Assembly: GCA_009602725.1 (NCBI GenBank)
Contig: WELB01000031.1
Span: forward strand, 372,566-431,892
Source: Spirogloea muscicola
Taxonomy: Eukaryota
Direction of reading: 5' to 3'
Length of the DNA stretch: 59,327 bases
The notes under the pieces are model-generated. The model was not told the DNA's origin. It ran no database searches and saw nothing but the letters and a program-made list of their open reading frames with translations. The position numbers were made by a program, and so were the translations under genes. Below are positions 26,890-38,854 of this stretch, piece after piece. How positions within the stretch are numbered: the first letter of the stretch is position 1; the number at the start of each line of letters is the position of its first letter.

Positions 26890-27547
26890 AAGGCAAGCAC
26901 ATCTGAAGACCTACATAATCTACAGCAAAGTGACCCGCTCAGTAACCACGGGTCAAAAAAAAAACCTTTGCCGCCGCCGCTGCCGCTGCCGCCGCCGCTG
27001 CTGCTGCTGCTGCCCAGTAAGCGTAGCGCGCGCGTCCAGGGCCACGCCGAGAAGGCGTGGGCATACGCACAGAACGCAACCCTGCAGAGAGCCTAACACC
27101 GAGGAGCCCCGCATACGGTCGCGTTAGACTGTCCGCACTTGGTCCGCACTCGCGGCGAACCCCGCGACCTTGTGTGATACTGCTTCAAGCCTAAGCTTGA
27201 ACCTTAGGAGAGCCTTGACTTATATACGCAAGCGACTCTCATTGCGCTCCTTTGCATTGCTGCACTGCGAGCTTGTCTCTTTGCATCTTGCCATCGTTGT
27301 CACATTACCAGGAAGTTGAAGTCCTTTGGACACTTCCCTGTCCGGATCTGTTACCTGGGTTAGTGCCCTTGAACTTGTTCGCCGTTTCTACAACCGGTCC
27401 GTGATACTGTTCCTACAGAAACCCTCTCGGAGGGTAACCTTCCGCTACTGTTCTCAAGGAGACCCTCGTTGAGGGTACTGTTTGGCTCAGTTTGTTCCTC
27501 TTGCTCGCATACTTTGCATGTGTCTTGTCCACCGACATCCCATATTA

Positions 27548-27876
27548 CAGGATTGTGTATGGCCCTAGGATGTCACAAATAGACTGGAAGTCGTAACGAG
27601 CTTCATGATGCCTTCCCTGGGTTCTACGTTATCGATAATGTAACCAAAGGGAAGGATCTGCCTAGCGCGGACGCCATGCATGAATTTGACTAACGATTTG
27701 AATAAACCGCTAGATGGGTGTCGGAAACCTCTGCCAATACCTAAAGCCCTGACACGGGAATCCAGCAATTAGGAGGTCGACTTTAGGCAGCCTCCTGAGA
27801 GATTCTGGTTTGGCGGCGGTTCGGATGTCCTGCGGCAGCAGGCTGTCCCATTCATTGAAGGTATCATGGTTGACGA
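27548..27876 (-). pseudogene. Inverted duplicate of DNMT segment 28089-28419 (motifs IV-VI), with intact GFPCQ
   Basis: The reverse complement reads NEWDSLLPQDI..LPKVDLLIAGFPCQG..FGYIIDNVEP. Confidence 0.85.
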
Positions 27877-27877
27877 C

Positions 27878-28866
27878 ATGGGTATCTTTTACAATGGTGT
27901 CATCAAACGGAATCTACCTCCTGCTGGAATTGTGCTTGTCGAGGCTTTTGGTGGTACTGCTAACGGCTTTCGAGCCGCTATGCAAAGCCACATCAAAGTG
28001 GCACGCTACATCTACATCGACAATGATCCTCAGGCCCGAGAAGCTGCTGCACACCATATCGACATCCTTCGTCGTCAATACCCCAATCTCGTCAACCACG
28101 ATACCTTCAATGAATGAGACAGCCTGCTGCCGAAGGACATCCAAATCGCCGCCAAACCCGAATCTCTCAGGAGGCTGCCTAAAGTCGACGTCCTAATTGC
28201 TGGATTCCTGTGTCAGGGCTTTAATGCTTTAGGTGTTGGCAGAGGTTTCCGGCACCCATCTAGCGGTTTGTTCATCGTCAGTTCATGCATGGCGACCGCG
28301 CTAGGCAAATCCTTCCCTTTGGTTACGTCATCGAAAACGTAGAACCCAGGGAAAAGCACCATGAAGCTCGTTACGACTTCCAGTCTATTTGTGACATCCT
28401 AGGGCCATACTCAATCCTGGATGCAGCAGTCGTGGGTTCGCTGGCCGACCGCAAGAGAGTACACTGGACCAACCTTGCTCCGGTCCAGATGATCCAGCGC
28501 TGCATCAACAAGCAGCAGCGCCCACCCGAACTTCATGCGTACATGGCTCTGGATTCTTGCAAGGAAGTAATTACAGTGGACCATCGCCACAATCGGGAAC
28601 ATGTTTTCAATCGAGAAGGATGTCCCAGAGTTACCTTCCCAACGCTGGTGGCTTCCATTGCTTCGGAGAATTTCCGCCTGCACAACAACATCCCTGCCCA
28701 AGGTATGTTAAAGCATCTTGACACTGGTCGTTATGCTGAGCCAACTCCGGAGGAACGCGAGAAGTGCATGGGTTATAATCCGGGCGACATCACTTTACCC
28801 CACTTCTCCCTTGAAACTGACATTCGCCTCACCGGGCAAGCCTTCGACTCTAATTCCATGACTTAG
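27878..28866 (+). pseudogene. C5 cytosine DNA methyltransferase domain (DNMT3/DRM-like features) within the gypsy pol region; disrupted by a stop and a frameshift
   Basis: Motifs in canonical order: I IVLVEAFGGTANG, II YIYIDNDP, IV VDVLIAGF[L/P]CQGF (about 28185-28222), VI YVIENV, VIII LDAAVVGSLADRKRVHWTNL, IX TPEEREKCMGY, X RLTGQAFD. Confidence 0.85.
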
Positions 28867-30765
28867 ATGTTGAGTGTCACGAATGATATCCAAGTCATCT
28901 ATAAGGTTAAGCAGGCAGAGGCTGCATGTTACCCTCAAGATTTGTCAGACTTAGACATCAATATTCTTGGTCTATTTGCACCAGTAGTGCCTGAGCAGGA
29001 TATCTGACAATTACCAACCTCTAGCCACCAAGTTCACCATTCTTATTGAGTATGAATGGCAGCTTGGGACTGGACTAAGTGTGCTAAATAAGCGGCAAAT
29101 GACAGCCCTTTTGAATGATAAGCTCAATGCTTTTGCTTTTCATCGTCTGACCTGGGTACCTATGTAGGAGCTCATTTTAGATTGTTCTGACAGACGATAA
29201 GCCAATTTTCAGGAGACAGTATCCCTTGTCCCCTATTGAGGATCAATTTGTTGAGCAGCGATGTCAAGAATTGTTGGCAATTGGACTAATCGAATCTTCC
29301 ACCAGTTCTTATGCAGCTCCTACAAATTCTACCAGCCAAGAAGGATGAGTTTGGCAACGATACTGACAAGAGGATGTGTGGGGACTATCGTCAGTCGAAC
29401 GCTTCCACGCCTATCGACAGGTATCCTGTGCCTACGCCCGAGGAAATCTTTAACCAGGTTGGCTCTAGCAAGATGTTCTCAGTGTTAGATCTTCGACAGG
29501 GCTCTAATCAAATTGATATTCAACCTTTGGACAGGCATAACACGGCGTTCTGGGGAGTGCATGGTGGTATTAACGATCTTTATCAATGGGTTAAGATGCC
29601 TTTTGGGCTAAAGAATGCTCCAATAATGTTTCAGCATGTCATGGATGCTGTACTGCAGGGCATTCCATTTGCACGTTGTTACATAGACGATGTGTTGATA
29701 TTTAGCCAAGACTTTACAGAGCACTTCACACATGTTGCAATGGTACTTACAGCGATTCAACAGGCTGGATTGCGCCGTCACCCTGGCAAATGTCGGTTTG
29801 CTTTGACTGAGGCAGCATATCTGGGACACCAGATCTCAGGCAAGGGTTTGTCGCCTCAGGATGCCAAGGTCCAAGCAGTCCTAGCTGTTCCATCACCCAC
29901 TGAACTGAAGTCTTTACGTTCTTTTCTTGGTCTTGCTGGCTATTATCGCCGTTTTATTCAGGACTTCAGTTCCATTGCTCGTCCCCTCCATGATCTTTTG
30001 AAGAAGAGTCAATTGTGAAGTGGACTACGCCTCAGCAGGATGCATTTGAGCGACTCAAACATGCTTTGACCAAAGCTCCTGTTTTACGTCATCCTGATTA
30101 TACCAAGAAGTTCTTCCTTCATACAGACTGGAGCAAAGTCGGCATGGGCGCTGTCCTTACGCAACGAGATGATGACGAACATCACTATGTTATTGCTTAT
30201 GCCAGTCGCAGCAATAATGCTGCAGAGACAAATTACTCCGCATACGAGAGGGAGTGTTTAGCAGCAGTTGGGCCGTTACCCATTTTCAGCCTTACCTGCA
30301 TGGCCGTTATTTTGAACTCATAACTCATCATCAACCCTTGCAATGGTTGTTGACTTCACAGGATCTGAAAGGAAAGTTTGCACGATGGGCATTCAAATTG
30401 CAGGAATACGCATTCAAGATAACACATCGACCAGGGGTTCAGAATATGGACGCTGATGCTCTTAGCCGCAGTCCAATCCCTGACTCAGTTTCTGAGCAAG
30501 TTGCTTGTATGACTGTATCGCATGTGTTCAGATTTTCGTATTGACTAGCATATGATCTCAAACAGTCAACATTCCATTATCATTTGGCATGTTCTTTGGA
30601 TGTTCCTGATGACAACTTCTTCTCAAAGGATGTGTGGTTGGATGCACCAGTTTTTAAATATCTGCAGACTGGAATTTACCCATCTGACTTCACTCCTATG
30701 CAGAAGGAAAGGATCGAACACCGTGCTCGTCGCTACGTATGGCAGAATGACCAGCTGTTTAAGCC
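27878..30765 (+). mobile_element. Degenerate Ty3/gypsy LTR-retrotransposon internal region: DNMT - RT - RNase H - start of the integrase linker
   Basis: RT motifs KRMCGDYR, FSVLDLRQG, MPFGLKNAP and YIDDVLIFS. RNase H motifs LHTDWSKVGMGAVL, YASR..NYSAYERECLA and RWAFKLQEY..HRPGVQNMDADALSR. Multiple stops and frameshifts; truncated at about 30765. Confidence 0.92.
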
Positions 30766-30769
30766 GCAT

Positions 30770-31680
30770 GAGGAGTATGGTGACCAACACACTCGCACTG
30801 GCGCACCCCAATCAGGCAATTAGGTGGGAGGCCGAGGAAGAGTTGCAGCGACGTCCGAAAGGCCTCGGAGCTGATGCTGAAGGCATTGGCGACGGCGTGT
30901 GAGGTGACCCAATCCGTGGCACCAGGTGTGGCTAGAGAAGTAAGTCTTGCCAGGCTCCTTGGATTGTCCTGAATCTCTGGCAGCCTCCTCATAAGGAACA
31001 GCCTCCTCATAAGAAGAAAAGAAGAAAGAGCGCGCCCATAGAGAAAGGGGGCATGCAAAGCCAGCCCAGAAAGAATGGACAATGTCAAAAGCCAAAAAAC
31101 ACAAAAACAAAAAACACACAGCTAGGCAGCTAGAGAAGAAGACACGACGAAATCACAGGAAGCTCAATACCCCCGGGTGAGCAACATCAGGTCGGAGTAG
31201 CTCGACGCAGGAAATGATGCATCCAGACGCGACCCAGAAGCAGCCGCGATAGCCCTGGCAGACCCGGCCGCCGCTCGATGGCCTGCCGGGCAAGCTGCTG
31301 GAGGAGGTCCAGCCAGCCACGGCCATAGGCCCCGTGGACATCGATGGCCTAAGGGGCCTGTGAGAAGGAGGTCTTTCAAACGGGGGGAGGGCTGTGGAAA
31401 GGCCAGCTGACAAGACCAAGGCAGCTAATTTCGTAGCTTGTCCAAAATAAGGGCCGGATGGCGCAAAAAGCAGGATACAAGTCTCTAGGACGTCAGCAAG
31501 TGGGCGCTCAATAACCTCTAGCCAACAAGTGCACGTCAGAATAACTAAGAGGGCGGAAAAGCGTCGCCCTGACGGAACCCGGAGGCAGCAGCAGCCAAGG
31601 CGCGGCCGGCACACAAGTGGACGGCCAAGGCAAGCGACAAGGGGGCAAAGGCATGGGAGGCTATAATAAGGTGATGACGA
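30770..31680 (-). mobile_element. Stack of CRE-type fragments: internal piece 30770-30985, family-A 3' end about 31010-31350, degenerate family-B 3' end about 31390-31680
   Basis: ARLTSLATPGATDWV..FRTSLQLFLGLPPNCLIGVRQCEC; AIAAASGSRLDASFPASSYSDLMLLTRGY*; AGRALAAAASGFRQGDAFP. Confidence 0.8.
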
Positions 31681-32532
31681 GACGAGGAGACGCATCCCCA
31701 GCGGAAGGGAGTGGCTGTGAAGAAAGGAGAAGAAGAAAAGGAGCAGCCTCTGGGAGGGCGGCGGTTGTGAGCGGCAAGCCTATATAAAAATATAGAATCT
31801 TCAAGCGCCAGATTGGAGCACTCCATGATTTCTTTTAGGGCTGGCCTCTCCCAGCCACCGCCCTCTCATGGAAGCGTCTTCTAGGAATACATTAATACAT
31901 GAATTCGTGGGGGCGCGCATGGGGGCGGCAGTGGGGCCGCACGGGGGCGGCAGCCGGCAACCGGCGGGCGGGCGCCACGTGGCCGGCTGCCCGCGTCCCG
32001 CCTCGCCGACGGCACTGCCGCCCTTGGGGGCACGGCTCGAGATGGTCAATTTAATTACCCTTGTTATTAGTTGACGGATCCGCCCACGGCTAGGGGGGGG
32101 GCACCCCCCGGCCGGCCACCCTATGGGCGGGCGGGCGGGCGGGCCTCCCGAGAGGGGCTTTAAATTGGCCGCCCCGGGGGTGCCGTCCAGCCCACAGTCA
32201 GTGACCGGGGCCCGGCGCAGGGGGGCTGCGGCGGGACATTCGACGACGGAATTTCCCCCCCCTCCCCACTTTCACATAAATGGCTCTACTGGCGCCTCGC
32301 TCGGGCCGGGCTCCCTCCCTCCGCCCACCTCCCCCCCTCTGGCTCCCCTCTGGCCACACAACTCTAGCCCGCCTCTCGCCCCGCCCCCGCCGTCGCCGCC
32401 GCCGCCGTTGCCGAGCACGGCGGCCGACGATGGCATCGATGGCTCGCCTTGCGCTGGAGGCTTAGCGACGCGGCTCGGCGCACAGAGCCGGCGGCTCGGA
32501 GGAAGGCGGCGGCTGAGGAGCGAGCGGCGAGA

Positions 32533-32566
<34 letters not shown>

Positions 32567-32569
32567 GCC

Positions 32570-33513
32570 NNNNNNNNNNNNNNNNNNNNNNNNNNNNNNN
32601 NNNNNNNNNNNNNNNNNNNNNNNNNNNNNNNNNNNNNNNNNNNNNNNNNNNNNNNNNNNNNNNNNNNNNNNNNNNNNNNNNNNNNNNNNNNNNNNNNNNN
32701 NNNNNNNNNNNNNNNNNNNNNNNNNNNNNNNNNNNNNNNNNNNNNNNNNNNNNNNNNNNNNNNNNNNNNNNNNNNNNNNNNNNNNNNNNNNNNNNNNNNN
32801 NNNNNNNNNNNNNNNNNNNNNNNNNNNNNNNNNNNNNNNNNNNNNNNNNNNNNNNNNNNNNNNNNNNNNNNNNNNNNNNNNNNNNNNNNNNNNNNNNNNN
32901 NNNNNNNNNNNNNNNNNNNNNNNNNNNNNNNNNNNNNNNNNNNNNNNNNNNNNNNNNNNNNNNNNNNNNNNNNNNNNNNNNNNNNNNNNNNNNNNNNNNN
33001 NNNNNNNNNNNNNNNNNNNNNNNNNNNNNNNNNNNNNNNNNNNNNNNNNNNNNNNNNNNNNNNNNNNNNNNNNNNNNNNNNNNNNNNNNNNNNNNNNNNN
33101 NNNNNNNNNNNNNNNNNNNNNNNNNNNNNNNNNNNNNNNNNNNNNNNNNNNNNNNNNNNNNNNNNNNNNNNNNNNNNNNNNNNNNNNNNNNNNNNNNNNN
33201 NNNNNNNNNNNNNNNNNNNNNNNNNNNNNNNNNNNNNNNNNNNNNNNNNNNNNNNNNNNNNNNNNNNNNNNNNNNNNNNNNNNNNNNNNNNNNNNNNNNN
33301 NNNNNNNNNNNNNNNNNNNNNNNNNNNNNNNNNNNNNNNNNNNNNNNNNNNNNNNNNNNNNNNNNNNNNNNNNNNNNNNNNNNNNNNNNNNNNNNNNNNN
33401 NNNNNNNNNNNNNNNNNNNNNNNNNNNNNNNNNNNNNNNNNNNNNNNNNNNNNNNNNNNNNNNNNNNNNNNNNNNNNNNNNNNNNNNNNNNNNNNNNNNN
33501 NNNNNNNNNNNNN
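32570..33513. other. Assembly gap, probably containing the ETO1 BTB region
   Basis: Run of N. Confidence 1.
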
Positions 33514-36500
33514 CTGCCCTCGCCCGGCAACGTGGCGGCCCCGCACCCGCCGGCGCTGGCGGCCGCTGTCCTGCGCGCCCTCCTGCGCAGCCTGCCGGAG
33601 AGCCTGCAAGATCCGCGCGCCGCCATGCTCTTCTGTTCCCGGCGCGGCGCCGCCAGACTCGAGGCCGCCGGCCACCTCTCCTTCCCGCTCTGCCTCCTCC
33701 TTGCCAAGGTGCGCCGCCCATGCCAAGCAATCACGTTGCCGCTGCCCCTGTCGCCGCTGCCATGGGAACGTCCATTACCATCTGCGGCCCGTGCTCTGTG
33801 CTCTGCCGGCAGCAATCCAGCAGGCCTTACCTGCAGTGGCCTCAGCAAGCTCTCATGGCTTTGGATGGAATTGTATTATGCTGTGATGTTCCACTAGTCA
33901 CATTGCCCATATCTCAGATGATGTACTCAAACCTGTAGTGCAAAGATGTTCTTAGCAGATTGAAACACATTATGTAAGCAGCCGACTCTTGCTGACCGCC
34001 TATGATGCTCCACCTGGCTGGCCGGTCGGTGCAGGCGTCGAGCGACGATCTGGCGACGCCGGTTGCCGAGCGCAGCGCCCGCACCACGGCGCTCCTACGC
34101 CGGCTCTCGGAGCTGGCGGCGTCGCCGCGCCAGCGCGCCGCAGCGTCGCACGCCCTCGGCTGCGCCCTGCACGGCGCTGCAGAGTACGCCGCCGCGCGGC
34201 GGTGCTTCCTGGCGGCCGCCGTTGAGGGCCACGCCTACTCGCGCGCCGGCGTGGCCCGCTGCGCCGCAGCTCACGGCGATGCCGAGGCTGCCCGTGCAGA
34301 GATCGATAACCTCATCGCCTCCACCCTCAGGTACCCCTTCTTGCGGCTTGCTATGGGTGCCGCCACGACCGCCACCATTGCCACCGCCACCGCCATTAGC
34401 GACGTTATCGCTAACACCACTGACTTCATTGCCACCGCCACCATTGCCGGGCGTTCCATATCGTCGCCTGGCATCCTGAGCTGTCTCGCCAATGGCCGTC
34501 GCTGCTTCGCAGGCCTGCAGGCTGGATGCACCAAGAGCGCGCGCTGCTGCTCGCTGCCAGCGCCGCAGCCGGCGGCGGCGCTGCCGTGGCGGAGCGGATG
34601 GCGGACTTGGACGCGGCCTCGGAGCTCGACCCCACGCTCAAGTACCCGTACAAGATGTGCGCGGCGCTGCTCATGGATGCGCACGACGTCCCCGCCGCCA
34701 TGGCTGTGAGCGCACTACACCCCTACTGCCGTCTCGCGGCACGGTGCCGCTGCCGTTGACATCGGTGGACGTTGCGAGCCTGACCCCTCTCGCTGTCTCT
34801 CGCTGTCGCGGCCCTCAGGAGATGGACCGTGTGCTGGGGTTCATGGTCGCCCCAGACCTGCTGGAGCTGCGCGCCTACTTTGCGCTGGCGGCGCGCGACT
34901 ACGGGAGCGCAGCACGCGACGTGCGGGCGCTGCTGACGCTCGATCCGCTGCACGCCATGTACGACGGCCACGTGGGCGCCGCGCAGCTCCTGCGCCTGCT
35001 CGACCACCGCGTCGAGCGCTGGTCGCTCGCCGACTGCTGGCTCCAGGTGCACACCCCGGCTTGCTGCCACTAGCTCTTGCGGCTGCACAATCATTGTTAT
35101 CCATTAGTCTTCTCATGGTCTTCCATAAGATTGGTGTTGGCTGTTGTCCAAGTTGCTGTCTCTTTATTGTCGCAGGCAATCCATAGATGGTCAGCCCTGA
35201 CGTCCGCTCCTGCGCCTGTGCTTTGGGCCGCTGCCGCTCGCTCAGCTGTACGAGCGCTGGTCGAGCGTGGACGACATCGGATCGCTGGCGGTCGTGCACC
35301 AGATGCTGGAGCAGGACCCCTGCAAGGGCATCGCCTACTTCCGCCAGTCTCTCTTGCTGCTCCGGTATACAACTAACCACCAACTTACCACACCCTTCAT
35401 CCTTTACCGGCCTATTGTCAGCTGCAATTGCTGCAGGCGCCTTGCTGCCAGCTTGCAATGTGGGTTAACTTAATACAAAACAATGATGATAGGAGATCAA
35501 ACACGACCATTCAGGTGGACGACATCCTTTGTGTGCTATGGGTGTTATTTCACATATCTTCGTAACATGTGTGCATGCAAGCGAGCTAACCGCGGTGTTT
35601 GTTTTGCGGTTCTTGTAGGCTCAACTGTCCAGTGGGCGCAATGCGGAGCCTGCGGTTGGCGCGGCAGCACGCCGCGTCGGAGCACGAGCGGCTCGTGTAC
35701 GAGGGCTGGATCCTGTACGACAGCGGGCGGCGCGCCGAGGCGCTGCGCAAGGCGCAGGCGTCCATCGCGCTGCACCGCTCGTTCGAGGCCTACTTCCTCA
35801 AGGCGTACGCGCTCGCCGACGCGTCGCTCGACCCCGCCGCCGCCGCGTCGGTCGTCGAGCTCCTGCAGTGGGCGCTCAAGTGCCCCTCCGACGCCCTCCG
35901 CAAGGGGCAGGTGCGCCGCGCCAGCCTCCCACGCCCGCCCCCTCCTCCCTCCCTCCCTCCCCCTCTCTCTCCTCCATCAATCTCCAGCTGTCGGCTTACA
36001 ATTTGCTGCTTTCTTGGTATTGTTGGTTGCTCAAGCATAGCCCCTAATGGTGTAGACCAATGTGCGCGGCCAACCGATTAGGGACTTGGGTGATTGTCTA
36101 TTTTCCTGTTTTGCGGAAACCAGAGAGTGGTTAACGACGTGCTAACCTCGTTGTGGCAACGCCAGCTGCACCAGGAGTAATTGCAATGCGGCCTACTAAA
36201 TGCGGCCTGCTGCCGGCGCTTTGCACAACTGCAGGCTCTGAATAACCTCGGGAGCGTATATGTGGACATCGGCAAGTACCATCAGGCGGCTGACTGCTAC
36301 ATCAACGCTCTCAAGATTCGCCACACACGTGCTCACCAGGGCCTCGCACGCGTCTATGCCCTGCAGGTCCGGGGCGCTCCCTTGAGCAAGTTAGAAGAAA
36401 TTTACGCCACACGCACAGCAAGTTAGCAGTTTCGCACTGCTACAAGTGAGATTGTGCCAGTGGTATTACACCTGCTGATTACCCGAACTGGCAGCCAATC

Positions 36501-37313
36501 ACCGGTTGTTGACTCCATCATTGGCTCGTGTGCAGGGGAATAAGCAGGCGGCGCGTGCAGAGATGACGCGGCTGATTGAGCGCTCCAAGAGCAATGCAGG
36601 CGCGTACGAGAAGCGGTCTGAGTACTGCGAGAGCCGTGAGGCAATCCTTGCAGACCTTGCGCATGTGCGCCGCATCGACCCCATCCGCACCTACCCTTAC
36701 CGCTATCGCGCAGCAGGTTGGACGGGCTCAGCCTCAGCAGTGACCTTGTCAGACCAACTGCATTTGTCCATTGTCATAGATAAGCTGCTGCGCTGCATGA
36801 GAGCTGTGCATGAGCTTGTCACCTTGACATGTTCAGAGCCAGGAGGAGCTCTCGCAGCCGCTCATGTGCTGAGAGCCCTCTCTGGCAGCTTCTGTAGGAG
36901 TTCTTAAGAAGTACTTGCTCAAAAGTATATGATAAGGTAGCAATACAGATAGAAGTCCTTAAGTTCTTGCTCAGACTCTTGTACGAGGTAGCATTAACAG
37001 CCACAGCATTTTCTAAGATACGGCTCTAAGTGCAATAATATCCTGACACATCTCTGTTGAATGCACAGTGCTGATGGACAGCCGACAGGAGGCGGAGGCG
37101 CTGGCGGAGCTGTCGCGCACTATAACGTTCAAGGCGGATCTGCAGCTGCTGCATCTGCGGGCTGCATTCCATGAGTGCATGGGCGACAAGGAGCTGGCTA
37201 TTCGCGACTGCCACGCTGCGCTGGCCATTGACCCCAAGCACGCCGACACGCTTGAGCTACTCAACACTCGCCTTCTGGGACGCCAGACGCCTACCGCTGC
37301 TGCATCAGGGTGA
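33514..37313 (+). CDS. ETO1: ETO1/EOL-like (ethylene overproducer 1) BTB-TPR CUL3 adaptor; 5' part in or upstream of the gap
   Basis: GHAYSRAGVAR, ELDPTLKYPY, WSLADCWLQ|LYERWSSVDDIGSLAVVHQMLEQDP, FRQSLLLL|RLNCPVGAMRSLRLAR, ERLVYEGWILYD, LRKGQ|ALNNLGSVYVD, HTRAHQGLARV, YPYRYRAA|VLMD and LLHLRAAFHE. Confidence 0.93.
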
Positions 37314-38854
37314 CCATGGCGTACCGTTGCTGCGGACCACCCATCTCTTTTTCGGCGCTCGCTCTGCGGTGGCGCCATTTCTAATAAAAGCACCCACTGT
37401 GCTGAGGCCACGGCCTTGCTATAGACAATAACCATGGCTGTAAATAATGACAGCAACGGCTCAGGGTCGTCGGCCTGGAGCAACTTTGCAGCCCAGCGCC
37501 AGTCGACCAGGGCTCTTGCATGTGTGGTAGCTATGGCCGCTGAGCATACTTCCAGCTCAAACAGGCTGCCAGCAACCGTAGTCTTCCGGGGTTTGGTTTG
37601 CACTTTGTTCATTACTTTTTTCTGGGCTGGCCTCTCTCAGCCACCGCCCTCTCCTGGAAGCGTCATTCACTTTGGGGTTTGGTTCATAAACTCATGAGAG
37701 CTGGCGCTTGCGGTCACCTTGACTGTGGTTCACACTGCTTGTCATATCATGGGTTTGCTAATCTCGACTTGGAGGCCCACGTCAGTGCGCTCCTTGCCCA
37801 CAGTCGACAGTCCATAAATTTGCTCCAGCTAATTGAGGTGCTGCTGCGGATGCCCTGATTGAGCTGCTGCTGCGGTTGCACTGCCACAACCTCCCCTGCA
37901 GCTATGAAACTGGGGAATGGAGTGTGTATTGAGTAATGGAGGGCCTGAGTGGCCAAGTACGAAGGCAAGCACACTGACAGATGTATATCACCAGCTGTAA
38001 ATTTGGGCACAGCAGCCATGGAATCTGCTGCCAGCTATGTTTCTTCCATACCAAGCTAATATCCGCCTGCTGCATTGAGATTAAATTCGCCCTCTAAGAT
38101 GACCTTGTCAGATGTGCAGGTTCGATACACTCAGATGGCTGCAACCAGCCAGATGTGATGCACTTAAGTGTGTGACTACGTAGCTGGGGCCATTCATACA
38201 ACTTGCTGCTTGTGGGGCTAGTGGCTGGTCGAGCGATGCAGATGACTGCTTGCATAAGCTTTGGAGACCTGTTGTCAAAGGCGGCTGCCGCCTCGGTGCT
38301 GGGCGCAGAGGCAGCGAGGCGGCCGCCGGCGCAGATGTCATCGTCATTGACCGCCGACTGCTCTTTGGCCCAGCTGGGCGGTCAGCTCCTCGCGCCACTG
38401 AGGCGGCCCAAGCCCTCAGCCGGCAGCGAAGCTCACCTTTGGTGATGTCCTCAGCCAGCTCAAATAAGAGTCACTGCTGTTCACTGCTGTGTGAAGAGTG
38501 CCACAGCAAGTCGGACCTGACTGTAAGCTGGACTCTTGCGCTGGCCTGTGCTAGCAGGTACAACACCTGCCTACTCCACGAGGCACAATCTGAAGCTAAA
38601 GGTCTGCATAAATTGATAAAGATTGGGGAACCTGCCAAGCAGGAGTTGCAAGGTCATACGCCAAATCTACATCTACAAGGCTGCCTGATCGCTTTGCCAA
38701 CGAGGTTCATCGCCATGGGCCGCAACCTCGCTCAGCGAGCAGTTCACTTGATTTCCAGGCAGAGGGCGCCTGCTTCTTGTCAGCAAAATCTTGTCCCGTA
38801 CAAATTGTCATTGCACACCTGCCCCGCACAGATCTCTTGTGTTGCACAGCCGGA

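Noticed and set aside
27878..28866. DNMT as a host gene or bacterial restriction-modification contamination
   Set aside because: It is intronless, degenerate like the adjacent RT, and contiguous with gypsy pol. No cognate endonuclease or bacterial gene context is present.
32123..33897. ORFs of 420-590 aa across the second gap
   Set aside because: Mostly X. Only the ETO1-frame part after 33514 is supported.
37690..38850. Possible extra exons between ETO1 and the RRM-LOTUS-RING gene
   Set aside because: A donor-like site exists near 38435 (minus strand), but no coherent frame could be assembled.
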